Below are positions 13,093-25,720 of a stretch of DNA of 64,000 bases, one piece after another. The stretch is from Trichodelitschia bisporula (Eukaryota): assembly GCA_010356995.1 (NCBI GenBank), contig ML996687.1, positions 311,803-375,802 on the forward strand, read 5' to 3'. Each line of letters opens with the position of its first letter. Position 1 is the first letter of the stretch. The notes beneath the pieces are model-generated. The model made no database searches, was not told where the DNA came from, and worked only from the letters and a program-made list of their open reading frames with translations. A program made the translations under genes and the position numbers.

Positions 13093-14386
13093 ATGTCTCC
13101 GCGTCGCCTTCGCAACCGCAAAGATATTCACCCGCCCAAACATCTAACAACCGACAGCGCACCGCCCTCCCGCCCCCGCCGTGGAGCCGCCGCCGCTTCC
13201 CCCGCAGCACCGGCGACTACCATCTCGCGTACTTCACCGGACACGTCCCGCAACTCGATTCGGTTGACTGTCAAGGCACCGGCACAAAAGCTGCAAGAAG
13301 CTACGAAGTCCAAGTCGTCCGCTCCGGCGAAGAACGCTCCCCGCCAGGCCCGCAAGAAGGCCATCGTCGAAGAGTCCTCTGATGATAACGAGGATGAGGA
13401 TGAGGAGGAAGAGGACGAGGAGGTCGTTGTGAAACCCACCGGGCAGCGGATGATAATCGACGATGATGACGACGATGACGAGCTTTCGGACCCGGTGGAC
13501 GACGATGAGGATATGGATGCTGAGGGCGAGGAGGACGTCGATATGATGGATGTGTCACCACCTACCGTGAGAGTGAAGCCGCCCAAGGCGAGCGTCCCTG
13601 CGCCTGCCCCGCAGCGGAATATCCCAAGCGTCGAGGCCAAGGAGATGGCAATGGATGACGATGACGACGAAGACGATCTTTCATCTCTGGTGGACGAGGA
13701 TGAAGATGCTGAGGGAGAGGAAGATGCCGAAGGTGAAGACGAGGAAATGGCCGAGAATGATGATGAGGAAGAAGACGACGAGGCAGACGACGACGACGAG
13801 TCTCCTGAGTCTGCGAGCCGTAGCCACACGCCAGACCTGAGCAAGTTGACGCGACGTCAGCGCGCGGCGTACGAGGAGTTTGAGGGAGGGCTGCTAGCAC
13901 TTTCAAATGGTGGAGTTTACACTACTATGAGATAGACGGGGCTAACACACGACAGAGGCACAGAAGAAGAAGCATCTTACGGCGGAGGAGCACGCCATGC
14001 GGCGGGCGGAAATGGCGCGCCGGAGGAAGAATCTCAGCGAGAAGCGGAATGAGGAGGAAAAGGTACGGGGCTCCCCGTATTTCGTAAAACGACAGACTAA
14101 CCAACTACAGATGGATACCATCAACCGCCTCCTCAAGAAGCAAGCTCCCAAGCGCCGCCGCAAGGCCGATGCCTCTGAGGCTGCCGAAGGCGGAGAAGAA
14201 GGCGATGAGGAGCGTACTTTCGAAAAGCCATCAGCCGTCTACGTCCGCTACATCCAGAACGTCAACGGGGTGTCGCTCGGCGTGCCTGAGGAGTGGCTTG
14301 CCGGGCCAGCTGGGCAGGCGTTTGAGAAACCGTTGCCGTTTCAGGGACGTGGATTCCCGGGCCGCATGGTTGAGGAAGTGAGTTAG
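13093..14386 (+). CDS. IES2: INO80 complex subunit Ies2 (PAPA-1 domain); introns 13910..13955 and 14063..14110
   Basis: Acidic tracts followed by TPDLSKLTRRQRA...LLALSNEAQKKKHLTAEEHAMRRAEMARRRKNLSEKRNEEEKMDTINRLLKKQAPK...LGVPEEWL. Confidence 0.9.
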
Positions 14387-15549
14387 TGCTGTGAGTGGGC
14401 TTCACTCTGCCTTGGGCTTCGAGGTGTTTCCGTCACTGTAAGATATGGCGCAGGAATGGAATTAGGCTTCATTAACTAGACTTATACCCCTCAGCTATGT
14501 TAGAAGAGAGCCTGTGTCTCCGATACGACGTCATAATGGTTGATGATGTGGTTGAAAATATGGCTCTGCCAGCAGACTGAGTGGCTATCCCCTCTCATTC
14601 CCCGGTATCTTACTTCTGGCCTGCTCACGCTGATAGAATGGCACCATATGTCCCAAGTTTGATACGCACAGAAAGGGAGAAGTTGCCCACCGGTCGCAAC
14701 GTACCGTACTGCGTGCCGTAGACGACAAAAGGTCCACGTGGCGCTTTTCTGAAGGATCGTCTGCTGGAGTAGGAGATGACGAAGGAGATGTTCTCGCTGC
14801 CGAACCGGTTTGCCTATGCCGTAGGCAACCCGACCCTCATCAGCAGGAGTAATACAGACAGAGAATCCTCATAGGCATGAAATAATTCGAACCGCACGCC
14901 TGCATCTATCATACTTACCAGATCACTTTGGCCATCGATATTCTGGTTGGCGATGGGGTGTGTTGGGGTGGTTTGAGGTCGTACCTTCCATTTTCGGCCG
15001 ATGGTAAGCAAGCCTGCACTCCGCCTTCGACTTCATTCTACCAACGCGCCGAGGACAGCGCATCTTCCCCAACTCTGCGCCGTCACCGACCACCGGCGGC
15101 ATCGGCCTCCGAAGCCCGCCCGTGAATGCTACAGCACAGGCCATATGTACCCTGGAAAAACTGCCAGTGAATAGCACCACAGTGAAGCACGGGCCACCGA
15201 GGCTGCTTATAAATACCAGGAAACCGTCGACGCTGCAAGACCATCTCCTTACATCCTCAACATATTGTATAGCAAATCCAGATCGCTGGGCATCTTCGTG
15301 AGTCTTCACGCGCAACCTGTCAGTGCATCATCAGCTCACCTCTTCACCAGACATCAACGCCCGCGACACTCAAATCTGACAACTATACCGTCAACCCCAT
15401 TCCAATGTTATCAGCTTAAGTCATCACAAGGCGTGGCATGCAACGTTGTCGACCCGAACACTCGTCTTCCTGTTCCACCGGAGTTTCGCTCCTGGCACTG
15501 AGGGTGGTTACTATAGCACCACCCGTCCCCGTTCCTAACACGGCGACCG

Positions 15550-17760
15550 ATGCCCTTCCAGACCGGATGGCCGATGCCGTTCCTGGCTGGAAGACCGATG
15601 ATCTTATATACCGACGGCGTTGGCGAGGATGTTGACGATCTATATCTGATTCACGGGACTGTTGAGGGGCCTGGATTCTGCTGCCTATCAATGGCAGTTT
15701 TCCAGAAGTTGTGGCGCCGCCGGAAAAACCCTTTGTGCTTGTATCCAAAGTTCGAGCCCGACCAGTCCCGGCCTCCCATGACGCTGGGGCCAATGCCCGC
15801 ATTGAAGAGCTGGAGAAGGAGGCCGCCACCGCAGATAGCCGCATCCGTTTCGCGCAAGAGGAGATGATCGCCGCGAACAGCCGCGCTTATATATGGCTGA
15901 GAAGCAGGCCAATGATGCTCGCGATGCCATCACCGACATCAAGAACCGCGCTTATAAGGTCGAGCTGCAAGCCTTTGCCGCCATCCACAACGCCCAGGCC
16001 GCCCACAAGGACTTCAACAAGATGAAGCAACAGCTCCAAGAGTGCAAGCCACTCGCCCTCTGGGCGCATCACCTCACCATATACGCTATAATTGGTCGCC
16101 CGGAGACTTTCTGCCATTGCAACATTGGTCAGGCCAGCGACACCATCGAGCATGGCGCTCCTGACGTATATGCGGACCTCATCTCTCCTGACGTATATGC
16201 GGACCTCGTCTCTCCTGAACATCCATTCAACATACATTCAACATCATATTCAACATCATATTCAACATCATATTCAACCTGCAACTGTACCTCCGATATA
16301 TATAGTTGCAGCGTGGCTGCGGATTAGCCATGAACTTGCCCTCTGCAACATCATCAGTAGTTGTCTCGTTCTCGCTGCAGTGGGCGTCCTGAGCTTCGGT
16401 TCAGCCGAAATGGGAGTCGCAACCAGTTGGGTGTACCCCATGCTCCAACATTATATTCGACTGGCAACTGTTCCTCCGGTATATATCATTGCTGGCCTTT
16501 GCAGTGACGTTTGTCTACAATCCCTTCATACCGGACGACGACCCAGCGGCCGAAATATAAACGGGGGAAGAAGCCATATATCACTCGGAACGGACTCAAG
16601 CATATATACGCCGCTGCCGCAGTCTCCGGCTCATAAGAAGAACCAGCTGGTTTACGTTCTCAACATGGCCGCGCACACGCTCATCGCGCCTGCCTGGCGT
16701 CACCCGGACATCAGGGTGAGCATCCAGAAACTTGTCCGTCGAGCTGTCTACCAGTACTTTCATATGAGCGACATGGTCCCTGCCTTTGCCGCCCGGCCGT
16801 CTGAGCCGGGCACTACGGATCTCTCGTTCCATCCGCCGGCCTCTCCATCCGGCGCTCATACTGGGCCTCCAGTGCCAACGAGCCCCAGTCCGGGGCGTGG
16901 GTTGACCTTTTGAGGGGCCGTCGCTTCCTTCGGCTCAGCGACAATGCTCGTGCCTACGAAGCACTCCGGATCCCCGGCGGCCTCCCTCGCCTCAACCGCC
17001 TGCAAGCGCGGCGCCACGGACATCCTGCACATGGACGTCAAGCGCGTCTGCATCTGTCCGGCGGCCGCCAATATAGTGCTTGGTATATATAAGAGCTCGT
17101 CCGTCTTTGACGAGAGCCAGCTGCCGGCCTATAAGCGTACCCGCCTGCGTGATGTCCGCAAGCCGCTGGAGCGCAAGGCATATATATCGATCCTCGCGAA
17201 GCCGTATAGGAAGAGTCTGGTGACAAAGGGCATCAAGACATTCATCTTCGACATCGCATACGATCTCACCTACATCCTCACCCCCGGATTCGAATTGGCT
17301 CACGGCCGCCCGGGCCCGAACCTCGATCATCCCCGCTACTTAACACCCTCTATCCACCTTCCTATACCTTGTGCTCCTTTGTAGATTCGTCCTGCCTGCA
17401 TCACTCAACCTCTGAACCTCTATTTCCTACCAGGAGGAGCTTCGAGCTCCCACGTCCAACGACGCTGTCTATATATCCGAGGCGAGCACGGTCACCGACA
17501 TCGACAACTCTGCAGTCCCGGATACTCTCTTGAATCGACGCTGCCAGCCTTTCTGCATCTACAAGCTGTAAGTTACTGGTAAGGCTGATATGCCTCGACT
17601 TATACTAATCTTGTCTAGATCGGCACCTCGCGCGAGTTTGCTTTGACAAGCAGGCTCTGCTTCGTCAAAATGCCGACAGGCTCAGAGGATGTCTTGCCCG
17701 TCGGAGTGAAGAACTTGCGACTTCATAATTCGGCTCGCGGATCACTGGGCATGAGCCAAA
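15550..17760 (+). pseudogene. Decayed multi-exon gene of unknown family with a coiled-coil segment; boundaries approximate
   Basis: TATAAATA at 15208..15215. Protein-like fragments in shifting frames (15711..16025, 15893..16327, 16944..17384). A frameshift sits in a TATATA run at 15888-15894. A canonical intron GTAAGT...ACTAAT...TAG lies at 17568..17618. TpA dinucleotides look enriched by eye. Confidence 0.45.
16158..16278 (+). repeat. Minisatellites: two 27-bp units followed by three to four 12-bp units
   Basis: CTCCTGACGTATATGCGGACCTC(A/G)TCT x2, then (ATTCAACATCAT)n. Confidence 0.85.
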
Positions 17761-19274
17761 ATTTACTATATTCATGATGGTTCTAGGATCGGAAGGCCTT
17801 GCGGCGGCTGATAGAACTCCGGTGCTGTCATGGATCTAAGCCTGAAGGAGTAAAGATGGTAGGAGGTGGTGGGGCTTGGCACCTCGCTAAGCAAGCCCCA
17901 GATATACTCACCTCTCCTAGACTACCCTCTTTCTTCCCCGTACAATCAATGCTTGTTAAACCCACACTCTGGTCACAGTGATTGCCGTGGACCCCTGACA
18001 GGTGCCTGCGTCCTCTATCGCAGTCATATATGGGCCTGAAGCCAGCACGGCTACTACCGCGGGAAACGACCCTTCGAACTTATAGGGAAGGAGAGGCCGA
18101 ATTGAAGGGGTCTATATAGGGCAGCAAAGACGCGTCCTGCTTCGCGTGACAAAAAGACGAGTCAATGATCGTAGGCGACATTTGGTTGAGCGGCGGGGTT
18201 AGGTAGCTTTTCGGGGAGGAACAACCGCCCTTTTTATACTTCTAAGCGTTTCCTCAATACCAAATCATCAAATTTTCACACATTATGAGCCTATAGCAGG
18301 TGAAATTGAGTACATACGGCCACAGATCATAGAATGCACCAGTCCCCGTCTGCTCACTGAAGTTAAGCTTTGAATCGGTTGATTAGTAGTTGCGTGGGAG
18401 ACCAGCAGCGAATCCCAACTGCTGTATGTTTTTGTCTTTTTGTATTTTTGGAAGCCTTCTGTTCAGCCGACCGGTCGTGCGGGGGACGATTCACTGCTCG
18501 ACGATTCTCCGGCATCCCATCAGCATCTTTTCAAGTGAGTCTGGCTGAGTGCCCAAGGAATTGCTCGTTAAGCAGTCTGAGCAGGAGCTCCATCGGTAGT
18601 CAAGATAGAATAGGAGTGGCTTCTCAGAATACCCATCACAATTCATGTCGCTCGTAAAGGACTGTAATTCGCGAATGGGAATGTCAAATATGCCAAGGGC
18701 CTTCCGAAAAGGGAAGGAAGTGGATCACATAAGCTTACGCATATCCCTCTCCCTATCGATCTCATTCCTCTCAAAGAACTGTACTACACCAGAAGTATCG
18801 GCATATACTTTTCAAGTTGTTAAGGTCAGTGAGCGAGACTATCCAAGTTGTCTACCAAAGAGTCTCGACAAAAACCCCATCACCACCCCCGTTCCGATTG
18901 GCGGAGAATATCACCCCGCGCCATGAGCACATCATGCAGCCACCCCACACCATAAATCGACACATACTTGGTATTTCGAACTAGGGGAGCCCTGGAATAC
19001 CAATGGTCAGCAATGGCACGAAAGACGGCGCGGCTCAAACCCCGCATACGAGGATTCCAGACCCCGCTTTCAGGTGCCCATTATGACCGCAATCGCCCTG
19101 CCAACCCTCAAGCCGCCCCGGAAAGACTCGCAACCCCATCTGCCCGGGGGCGCGATAATTAGTTCGGGCCGTACCGGCCACTTGCCCCGCGAGAGGGGTC
19201 AGTAGTACTTGAGCGCGGCCGTACCGTCTCGCTTCCTGCCCTAGACTCCACTTCGTGAAGTGAAATCGTCCAAA

Positions 19275-20443
19275 ATGCCCTACCCAGAGACAGCCGAGGG
19301 CTTCCTCGTCGAGGATACCGCCACCTGGAGCACCTTCAAGCGGGGCAACGTGAGTGCCCAGCCCACGCATTCCCTCGGCTCTGCTAACCCGGCCTAGTTC
19401 CCCCTCAAGCCCTTCGAGGCCCACGACGTCGACATCGCCATCTCGGCCTGCGGCGTCTGCGGCAGCGATGTGCACACCATCACCGGCGGCTGGGGCGAGA
19501 TGCCGATGCCGCTGTGCGTGGGCCACGAGATCGTGGGCACGGTAGTGCGCGTCGGGCCGTCCGTGAAGACGGTCTCGGTGGGGCAGCGCGTGGGCGTAGG
19601 TGCGCAGATCTGGGCCGATCTCGACTGCGTGAACTGCAAAGCTGGCGAAGAGACGTATTGCGTGAAGGCGTTGGATACGTATGGCGGCAGGTATGAGGAC
19701 GGCACGGTCACGCATGGCGGGTACTCGAGCCATGTGCGCGCGCACGAGTTTTTCGTGTTTCCGATCCCGGAGGGGTTGACGGATGAGGTTGCGGCGCCCA
19801 TGCTGTGCGCTGGTATCACGGTGTATAGCCCTCTCACGCGTCTGGGAGCTGGGCCGGGGAAGAAGATTGGCGTTGTTGGGCTGTGAGTACAGAGACCAAT
19901 TGGTGGAGACAAGCTGACCGAAACAGCGGAGGATTGGGTCATTTTGCGGTGCTTTTTGGCGTGGCCCTCGGCGCTGAGGTCTATGTGATATCGCACTCGC
20001 CGAGCAAGAAGGAGGATGCGCTGGCCCTGGGCGCGACAGGATTCATCAGCAGCTCCGAGAAAGGGTGGGCGGAAAAGTATGCCTTTGCATTCGATTTCAT
20101 CATCAACACAGCGAGCATCACGTTTGATCTCAAGGAATATTTCAGCACTCTCAAGGTCATGGGCACTTTCCACAACGTCGGCATGCCGGAGACACCCGTT
20201 ACGCTCAAGATGCAAGACTTTGTCGCCAACAGCTGCTACATAGGCACGAGCCACCTCGGCAACCGCAAAGAGATGTTGGCGATGTTGGAGTTAGCAGCGA
20301 AGCAGAATATCAAGAGCTGGGTCGAGACAATTGATGTCAGCGAGGAGGGGTGCCATGAGGCTGTGGAGAGGGTTCGGAACAATAAGGTCAGGTACCGTTT
20401 CACGCTGATAGGATATGACAAGGCATTTGGAAAACGGGTATAA
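19275..20443 (+). CDS. Zn-dependent NADP(H) alcohol dehydrogenase (cinnamyl-ADH/Adh6-like MDR); introns 19350..19397 and 19883..19926
   Basis: CGVCGSDVH, VGHEIVG, structural-Zn Cys region, APMLCAGITVYSPL, GLGGLGH across the intron, VRYRFTL. Confidence 0.93.
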
Positions 20444-20791
20444 TTCGATATATGGACTAGATAGTCACTCAAGTAAGGCCTATCTCTGGCTCCGCTTAGG
20501 ATCAAATCTGTGGACTGTCAGCCAGATTCTCGACCAACAGTGGAAAGTGACATTAGAGGTTGGGATCAGAGTTGGACTTCTTCTCATAATTGCCTTAACG
20601 TGAGATGTTTTATAGGCTATCGAAGAGCTGGGATTATAGAGCAATCGCTCTTGTTCATCATGAAAGGAGGAATGTAGGAAAAAGTAGACGTACCATGAGA
20701 TAAGTTACCGGTGCACCTCTGTCCGGGGGATTTTGCATCTGTCGTCATTATCGTAAAGTCGTCAGAAGTCGTTGAATCATTCTCCGCATGT

Positions 20792-21214
20792 TCACACGTC
20801 GTCGCCCACAGGCTCTGGCCGACTGGAGAACACAAGCTTATACTTGACCACATCGACAACCTCAACTTCCGCGTCGCCCTCTGGCACAGTTGGATCCTCG
20901 GTCTCACGTCTCCTCAGCACTGCCACCGCCTGCGGTAGCTTTTTCACCTCGCCTGTCAACCGCTGATGCTTGCCCACATACAGGTATACGCGCTTCATCC
21001 ACGGCCCATCACCTGGTGGCGTGTCCGCAGTGTGAAGCGGGAAAACCAGCTTGCCAACTTCGGTTGCATCGGCATCGGTAGAGGCACCCGGAGCTTGGAT
21101 AGTTCCTTGGAGCTCGAGGAGGGCGAGGCCAGAAGGTGTTTGCAGGAGCGGGGGGAGGGACGTGGACGGAGGGGCGAGAGGAGACGTCGGAGGGTGAACA
21201 GCCGTTATAGGCAT
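20792..21214 (-). CDS. CTF8: Chromosome transmission fidelity protein Ctf8 (Ctf18-RFC subunit)
   Basis: LLQTPSGLALLELQGTI, VYLYVGKHQRLTGEVKKL, VVKYKLVFSSRPEPV. Confidence 0.9.
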   Translation of the reverse strand: MPITAVHPPTSPLAPPSTSLPPLLQTPSGLALLELQGTIQAPGASTDADATEVGKLVFPLHTADTPPGDGPWMKRVYLYVGKHQRLTGEVKKLPQAVAVLRRRETEDPTVPEGDAEVEVVDVVKYKLVFSSRPEPVGDDV

Positions 21215-21512
21215 CGTGTACAAGAAGGCCAGAGGCTCAGATCAAGAGCATGACGAGAGTGGGTGAAGATTGAAACAGGCTGGAGGCTCGCTCACTGTGA
21301 TGCAGGTGAAGAAAGCGGCAAAGCGAAGTTTTTGTAGCCCAGAGCTCCTTGCGCACGGGATGCAGCGTGGCCCGGCGCGAGCTGCGTCAGGCTCTTCCGC
21401 TAGCGCGGCATCTTCAGGTTACGGGTGTCAGTTAATCCGACTCCGCTCGGCCTCTTCACTTCATGCCTCAAAGGTACTTTCCATACGGATGTAGCATGTA
21501 ACCGCATGTCTT

Positions 21513-23285
21513 CTAAAGTACAATTAGTGGTCGATGGAGAGATGCTGACTCCCTTCTCTCCAGGAACTTTTCAATGCGGATATGCCCCTTTTCCCTCGCC
21601 AACTCTCTCGCAGTTGCCCCTTCACTGTCCATCACAAGCACCGTGTTTGGATTTTTGGCCACAAGAAGCCGAACCACCAAGTCATGCCCGTAAGACGCTG
21701 CCAGATGAAGCGCAGTACGCCCCATTCCATCAGTAACCTCGGTCATGGTCACTCCAGAATCTTCTAAGAAAATGGCAACGGCTTGGGCGTGCCCATTTCT
21801 CGCTGCGTAGTGCAGCGGGGTGCGTCCCTGTCTATCAATGACTTGGCTCTCCCCTTGGAACCACCCATCCACCAGGGCGCGGATTGACCCAGCTGCGCCA
21901 AAGGCTGCCGCAAAGTGTAACGGTGTAAGTCCAGATGCCGCAGAGCCCGGATACTCCATATGACCCAAATTTACCAAGGATGTCACCACGGTTGGCAGAT
22001 TCTTTTCTGCGGCAATGTGAAGGACCGTTCGGCCGAACATGTCCTTGGTCTCCATGGGGACCCTCCAGCCTAGTAGCGCATGGAAGACAGCCGCATCACC
22101 AGCTTCAAGCGCATAGTGCAATACGGTTTGCTGAAGGAAATCTAGTGTCTCCGGATCGAAACGAATATTTCGGGGTGTCAGACAGTGATGGACAAAATGT
22201 AGCGGGGTCCCTATGTCCGGAAGGCCATGGAGCCCAAGGCCGCTAAAGACAGTTTTGACTTCTCTGGCAAGTCCGGTCCTGAGATCCAATAAGTCCTGTA
22301 CGTCGCCAAACCAGGCCTGCGACCCAACGGCACCTTCGTCGTTAACCAAAGCCATAAGTAGGGCGGAGGCCTCCTCTACCCTACCACTTTCGTGGAGCTG
22401 CCTGAATTCCGTCCGGATGCGCGCCTGAAAGTCCTCGCCAAAATTGGCAAGAAGAACATTTCCCATACCCAAGCACGGGTGGGTTTCAACGGTAAGGAGC
22501 GCACAGCCCAGCTCAGCCGTGCTGGACGCTTGATGAGATTTGGCCATGTCCAAAACCCCTCGCCCCACAACCTCTGCTGCCAGTTGCAAGCCGCGGGCAC
22601 ACTCTGCTGCATCCTGACTGGCAATTGTTCCAAAGGTGGAGAGCCACGTATCGATGATACTCTGTGAGCGTCGTGCGGCACTTGCAAGTAAAGCACTCAG
22701 GAGTCTCCTTTCCGACCTATTGAGAGTATCCATCAGCATTGACCATGTATCATCGAAGCCTACATACGTTATGACTTGAAATTTAAGCGCACTAGGTACG
22801 CTGGTTTCGCCGATTGCTTCCCTCGCGGCTCGACTGGGAGGGTACTGGCTCGGGGAGCATGCGAGGTCACGGGCCATGCAGTAAGTGCATTTCTCAGGCC
22901 ATTGCCGCGACACAGGCTCGCACTGCCGATATTAACGATAAGCCTGAATTGAAAGGGATTGGAAAAGGCCATTTGGTTCCAAAGAAAATGCAAAGTGTTC
23001 TCTCGTATTTCTCATGGGAGACTTGGAGATTGGAAGACCATGAAAAGCCCTTACCGCTTGCTTTGCAGCTCGGCACGCCGTACATTTCAAGTAATTCAGC
23101 TTTCTCTTCGAACGCTTAGGGTCTGTCGGCTCGTTCACAGGTATTTCCGACGAGAGAGCACGTCTCTTTCCTTGACTACCTCTCTGGGAAGAAGCTTGAC
23201 CAGGAAAAGGGTGCACTGGAGAACCGAATTTTGATTCCATGTGGGGTTCAAAAAACCTTCCGGGCTCAACCGTGGGAATCTGCAT
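21513..23285 (-). CDS. Zn(II)2Cys6-ankyrin repeat protein; introns 22923..23054 and probably 22717..22767
   Basis: Splicing gives KRSKRKLNYLK-CTAC-RAAKQA-C-EPVSRQWPEK-CTYC-MARDLA-C. The C-terminus has about six ankyrin repeats (QTVLHYA, GRTVLHIAA, GLTPLHFAA, GRTPLHYAA, GRTALHLAA, GATARELA). The start codon is tentative. Confidence 0.8.
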
Positions 23286-25000
23286 ATGAATGAATGACTA
23301 CTGGAAAGCAACAATTAGTAGTTAATCGTCCGGTATTTAAGCTACATCTTCGCAACTTTCATCCAGCTCATCAATGAATTGTGATTAACTGCATCCTCTT
23401 GTGCTTCTTTACCACATAGGGCGTGATAGCTCCATCATGCCTCGCATACAACACACGCAATACGTACCCCCGCCAGACCGACGCCATGGCGCAGCCTCTA
23501 GCCATTGACCGTGGCGCGCAGTGTTCGCAGTAAGTTCGTCAACTGCGCGGCACTCGGATACTAATTCTATAGGATCTATAGCTGCCCTGAGATTTTTGTC
23601 TCCACTCACTCTCACTGCCACGGTGCCACCTGGACGCGGGGGTCGCAGGTTCAGTGTGCTTACTCTTACACCTGCCAACATACAGTGCCCTTTTTATCAT
23701 GCCTTGATGTGCATGGTCCAGTATCCTACTCTTGGTCCACTGCCATGCCGAAGTTAAGATACCCGATGCCGCACCTGTGAGCCCATTTCCTGACAACGAA
23801 AGCTCAATGAGGCGCCGATTGGGGACAGATGGGGTGAAAGCTGAACGAGAGCCCAGATGGTAAGACACCCGGAGGAGCCATACCACCGGTCAAGAGGAAG
23901 CTACCGCAAAGCGGCCTCTTTACTTGCAGTGCATTTGCCTCTTGAACCGCCTTAAAGGAGTGCATGCTCGATAGGAACCGTAGGATCATGTATGCACATG
24001 CCACAACATCAAGGCGCTTCGAGTCAGACACCTCGATCATGCAGAAAGCCAGGCATGTTCAACAACCCCGATCCTGCAGAAAGTTGGGCGTGTTCAACAA
24101 CAGTGAGCTTATCGGACTGATTGGGACAAGTGGCACTCACCGACTCCAACTTGCTTCCAGGTAGCCCGAGAGCCATCGATCCATCACTTACCATCGCGTT
24201 AAAGCGTCATATAAGCCGGGCGTAATATACTTCAGCCACCGTAATGCGGGATACTCCCAATATTCAAGAGACCTGTGAGCTTGCTGCACGTTGCTCCTAT
24301 CTTCGCCGGTGCTGGTATTCGCGCTTCACCGCTGATGATAGTCGCAAGGGGCGCAAATCTGCGTCCAAAATGTCAGCAATTGTCCTCTTGATTTTTGTGC
24401 ATAGGTGGTATTGGCTGAAATTTGTGCTGGAATGCAACCAAAACCGAGCACGGCAGTACGCGTCCAGGAGAGTTACACCAATGGTCTGCTTTGAGCTCCA
24501 ACGAGGTGAAACTGACTTGTTCACGAAGGCGAGCGTGAACGGAACTTTCGGGATACTTGCCTTCTCGCTTAATTTTGGATAGACGCTCTTGAAGCGCAGC
24601 TCCAATCAATCCCACTCTTCAGTCAGCCTTGTTGGCCTTGTTGGCCTTCAAACCCGCAAGGACGTGAAGCAAAATCGATGGCTGTGTGGAAGCGCTAGCC
24701 CGAAGAAGCCAAGAGCCAAGATGTTGGTGACCCGCTCGGTTGTGGCCCGTGCGGCAAACAGCGAGCGCACACAAGCGAAGTGAAAACCCACAACTCCGCA
24801 ACCTCGAACCTCATTCCCACCGACAACCCACAACCTCGCTTTGCACCGGTGAACCCAGATTCTTCAAGGTATGTTACATACGATCCCCGCTCCAAATTCG
24901 CAGCACTCATATTTCGCACGATTTGCGCGTCTGCGTCGTACCGGCCTCTTAAAGGGAAAACTAACTTTGGCTCTAGGATCTCCTTTCATCGACAGCAATC

Positions 25001-25720
25001 ATGGGGTAAATATTCATGTCTTCCCCTTCCTTTATTCATGGATCAGGCTAACAAAGTCGCAGTATCTCCCGTGATTCCCGCCACAAGCGCGCTGCCACGG
25101 GTGCGAAGCGCGCATACTACCGTAAGAAGCGGTATGCATAACCCGATTGCCTGACAGTCCATGTCTAACAACATGGGCATAGGGCTTTCGAGAAAGGGCG
25201 TCAGCCTGCCAACACTCGCATCGGTGCGAAGCGCATCCATCTTGTCCGCACGCGCGGCGGCAACCGCAAGTTCCGCGGTCTGCGTCTCGACTCAGGCAAC
25301 TTCTCCTGGGGCTCCGAAGCTATCAGCCGCAAGACCCGTGTGATTGGTGTCGTCTACCATCCGTCCAACAACGAGCTTGTCCGCACCAACACCCTGACGA
25401 AGTCCGCTGTGGTTCAGATCGATGCTGCTCCCTTCCGCCAGTGGTACGAGGCTCACTACGGTGCCAGCCTGGGCCGTCGGCGCCAGGCGAAGACGGCTGA
25501 AGGAACCGTGGAGGAAAAGAAGGTGTCCAAGTCGGTAGAGAAGAAGCACGCTGAACGCCTTGCTGCTCACGGCAAGGTCGATGCTGCGCTCGAGCGCCAG
25601 TTCGAGGCGGGTCGTCTCTACGCCGTCGTGGCATCGCGTCCTGGCCAGAGCGGTCGGGTCGATGGCTACGTCTTGGAGGGTGAGGAGTTGGCCTTCTACC
25701 AGCGTGCGATCCGGAAGTAA
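25001..25720 (+). CDS. RPS8: 40S ribosomal protein S8 (eS8); introns 25006..25062 and 25132..25182
   Basis: Spliced [39 protein letters not shown]...SNNELVRTNTLTKSAVVQIDAAPFRQWYEAHYG...SRPGQSGRVDGYVLEGEELAFY. Confidence 0.98.

Noticed and set aside
14700..18300. Intact transposable element
   Set aside because: No transposase, RT or integrase motifs, LTRs, convincing terminal inverted repeats or target-site duplication found by eye.
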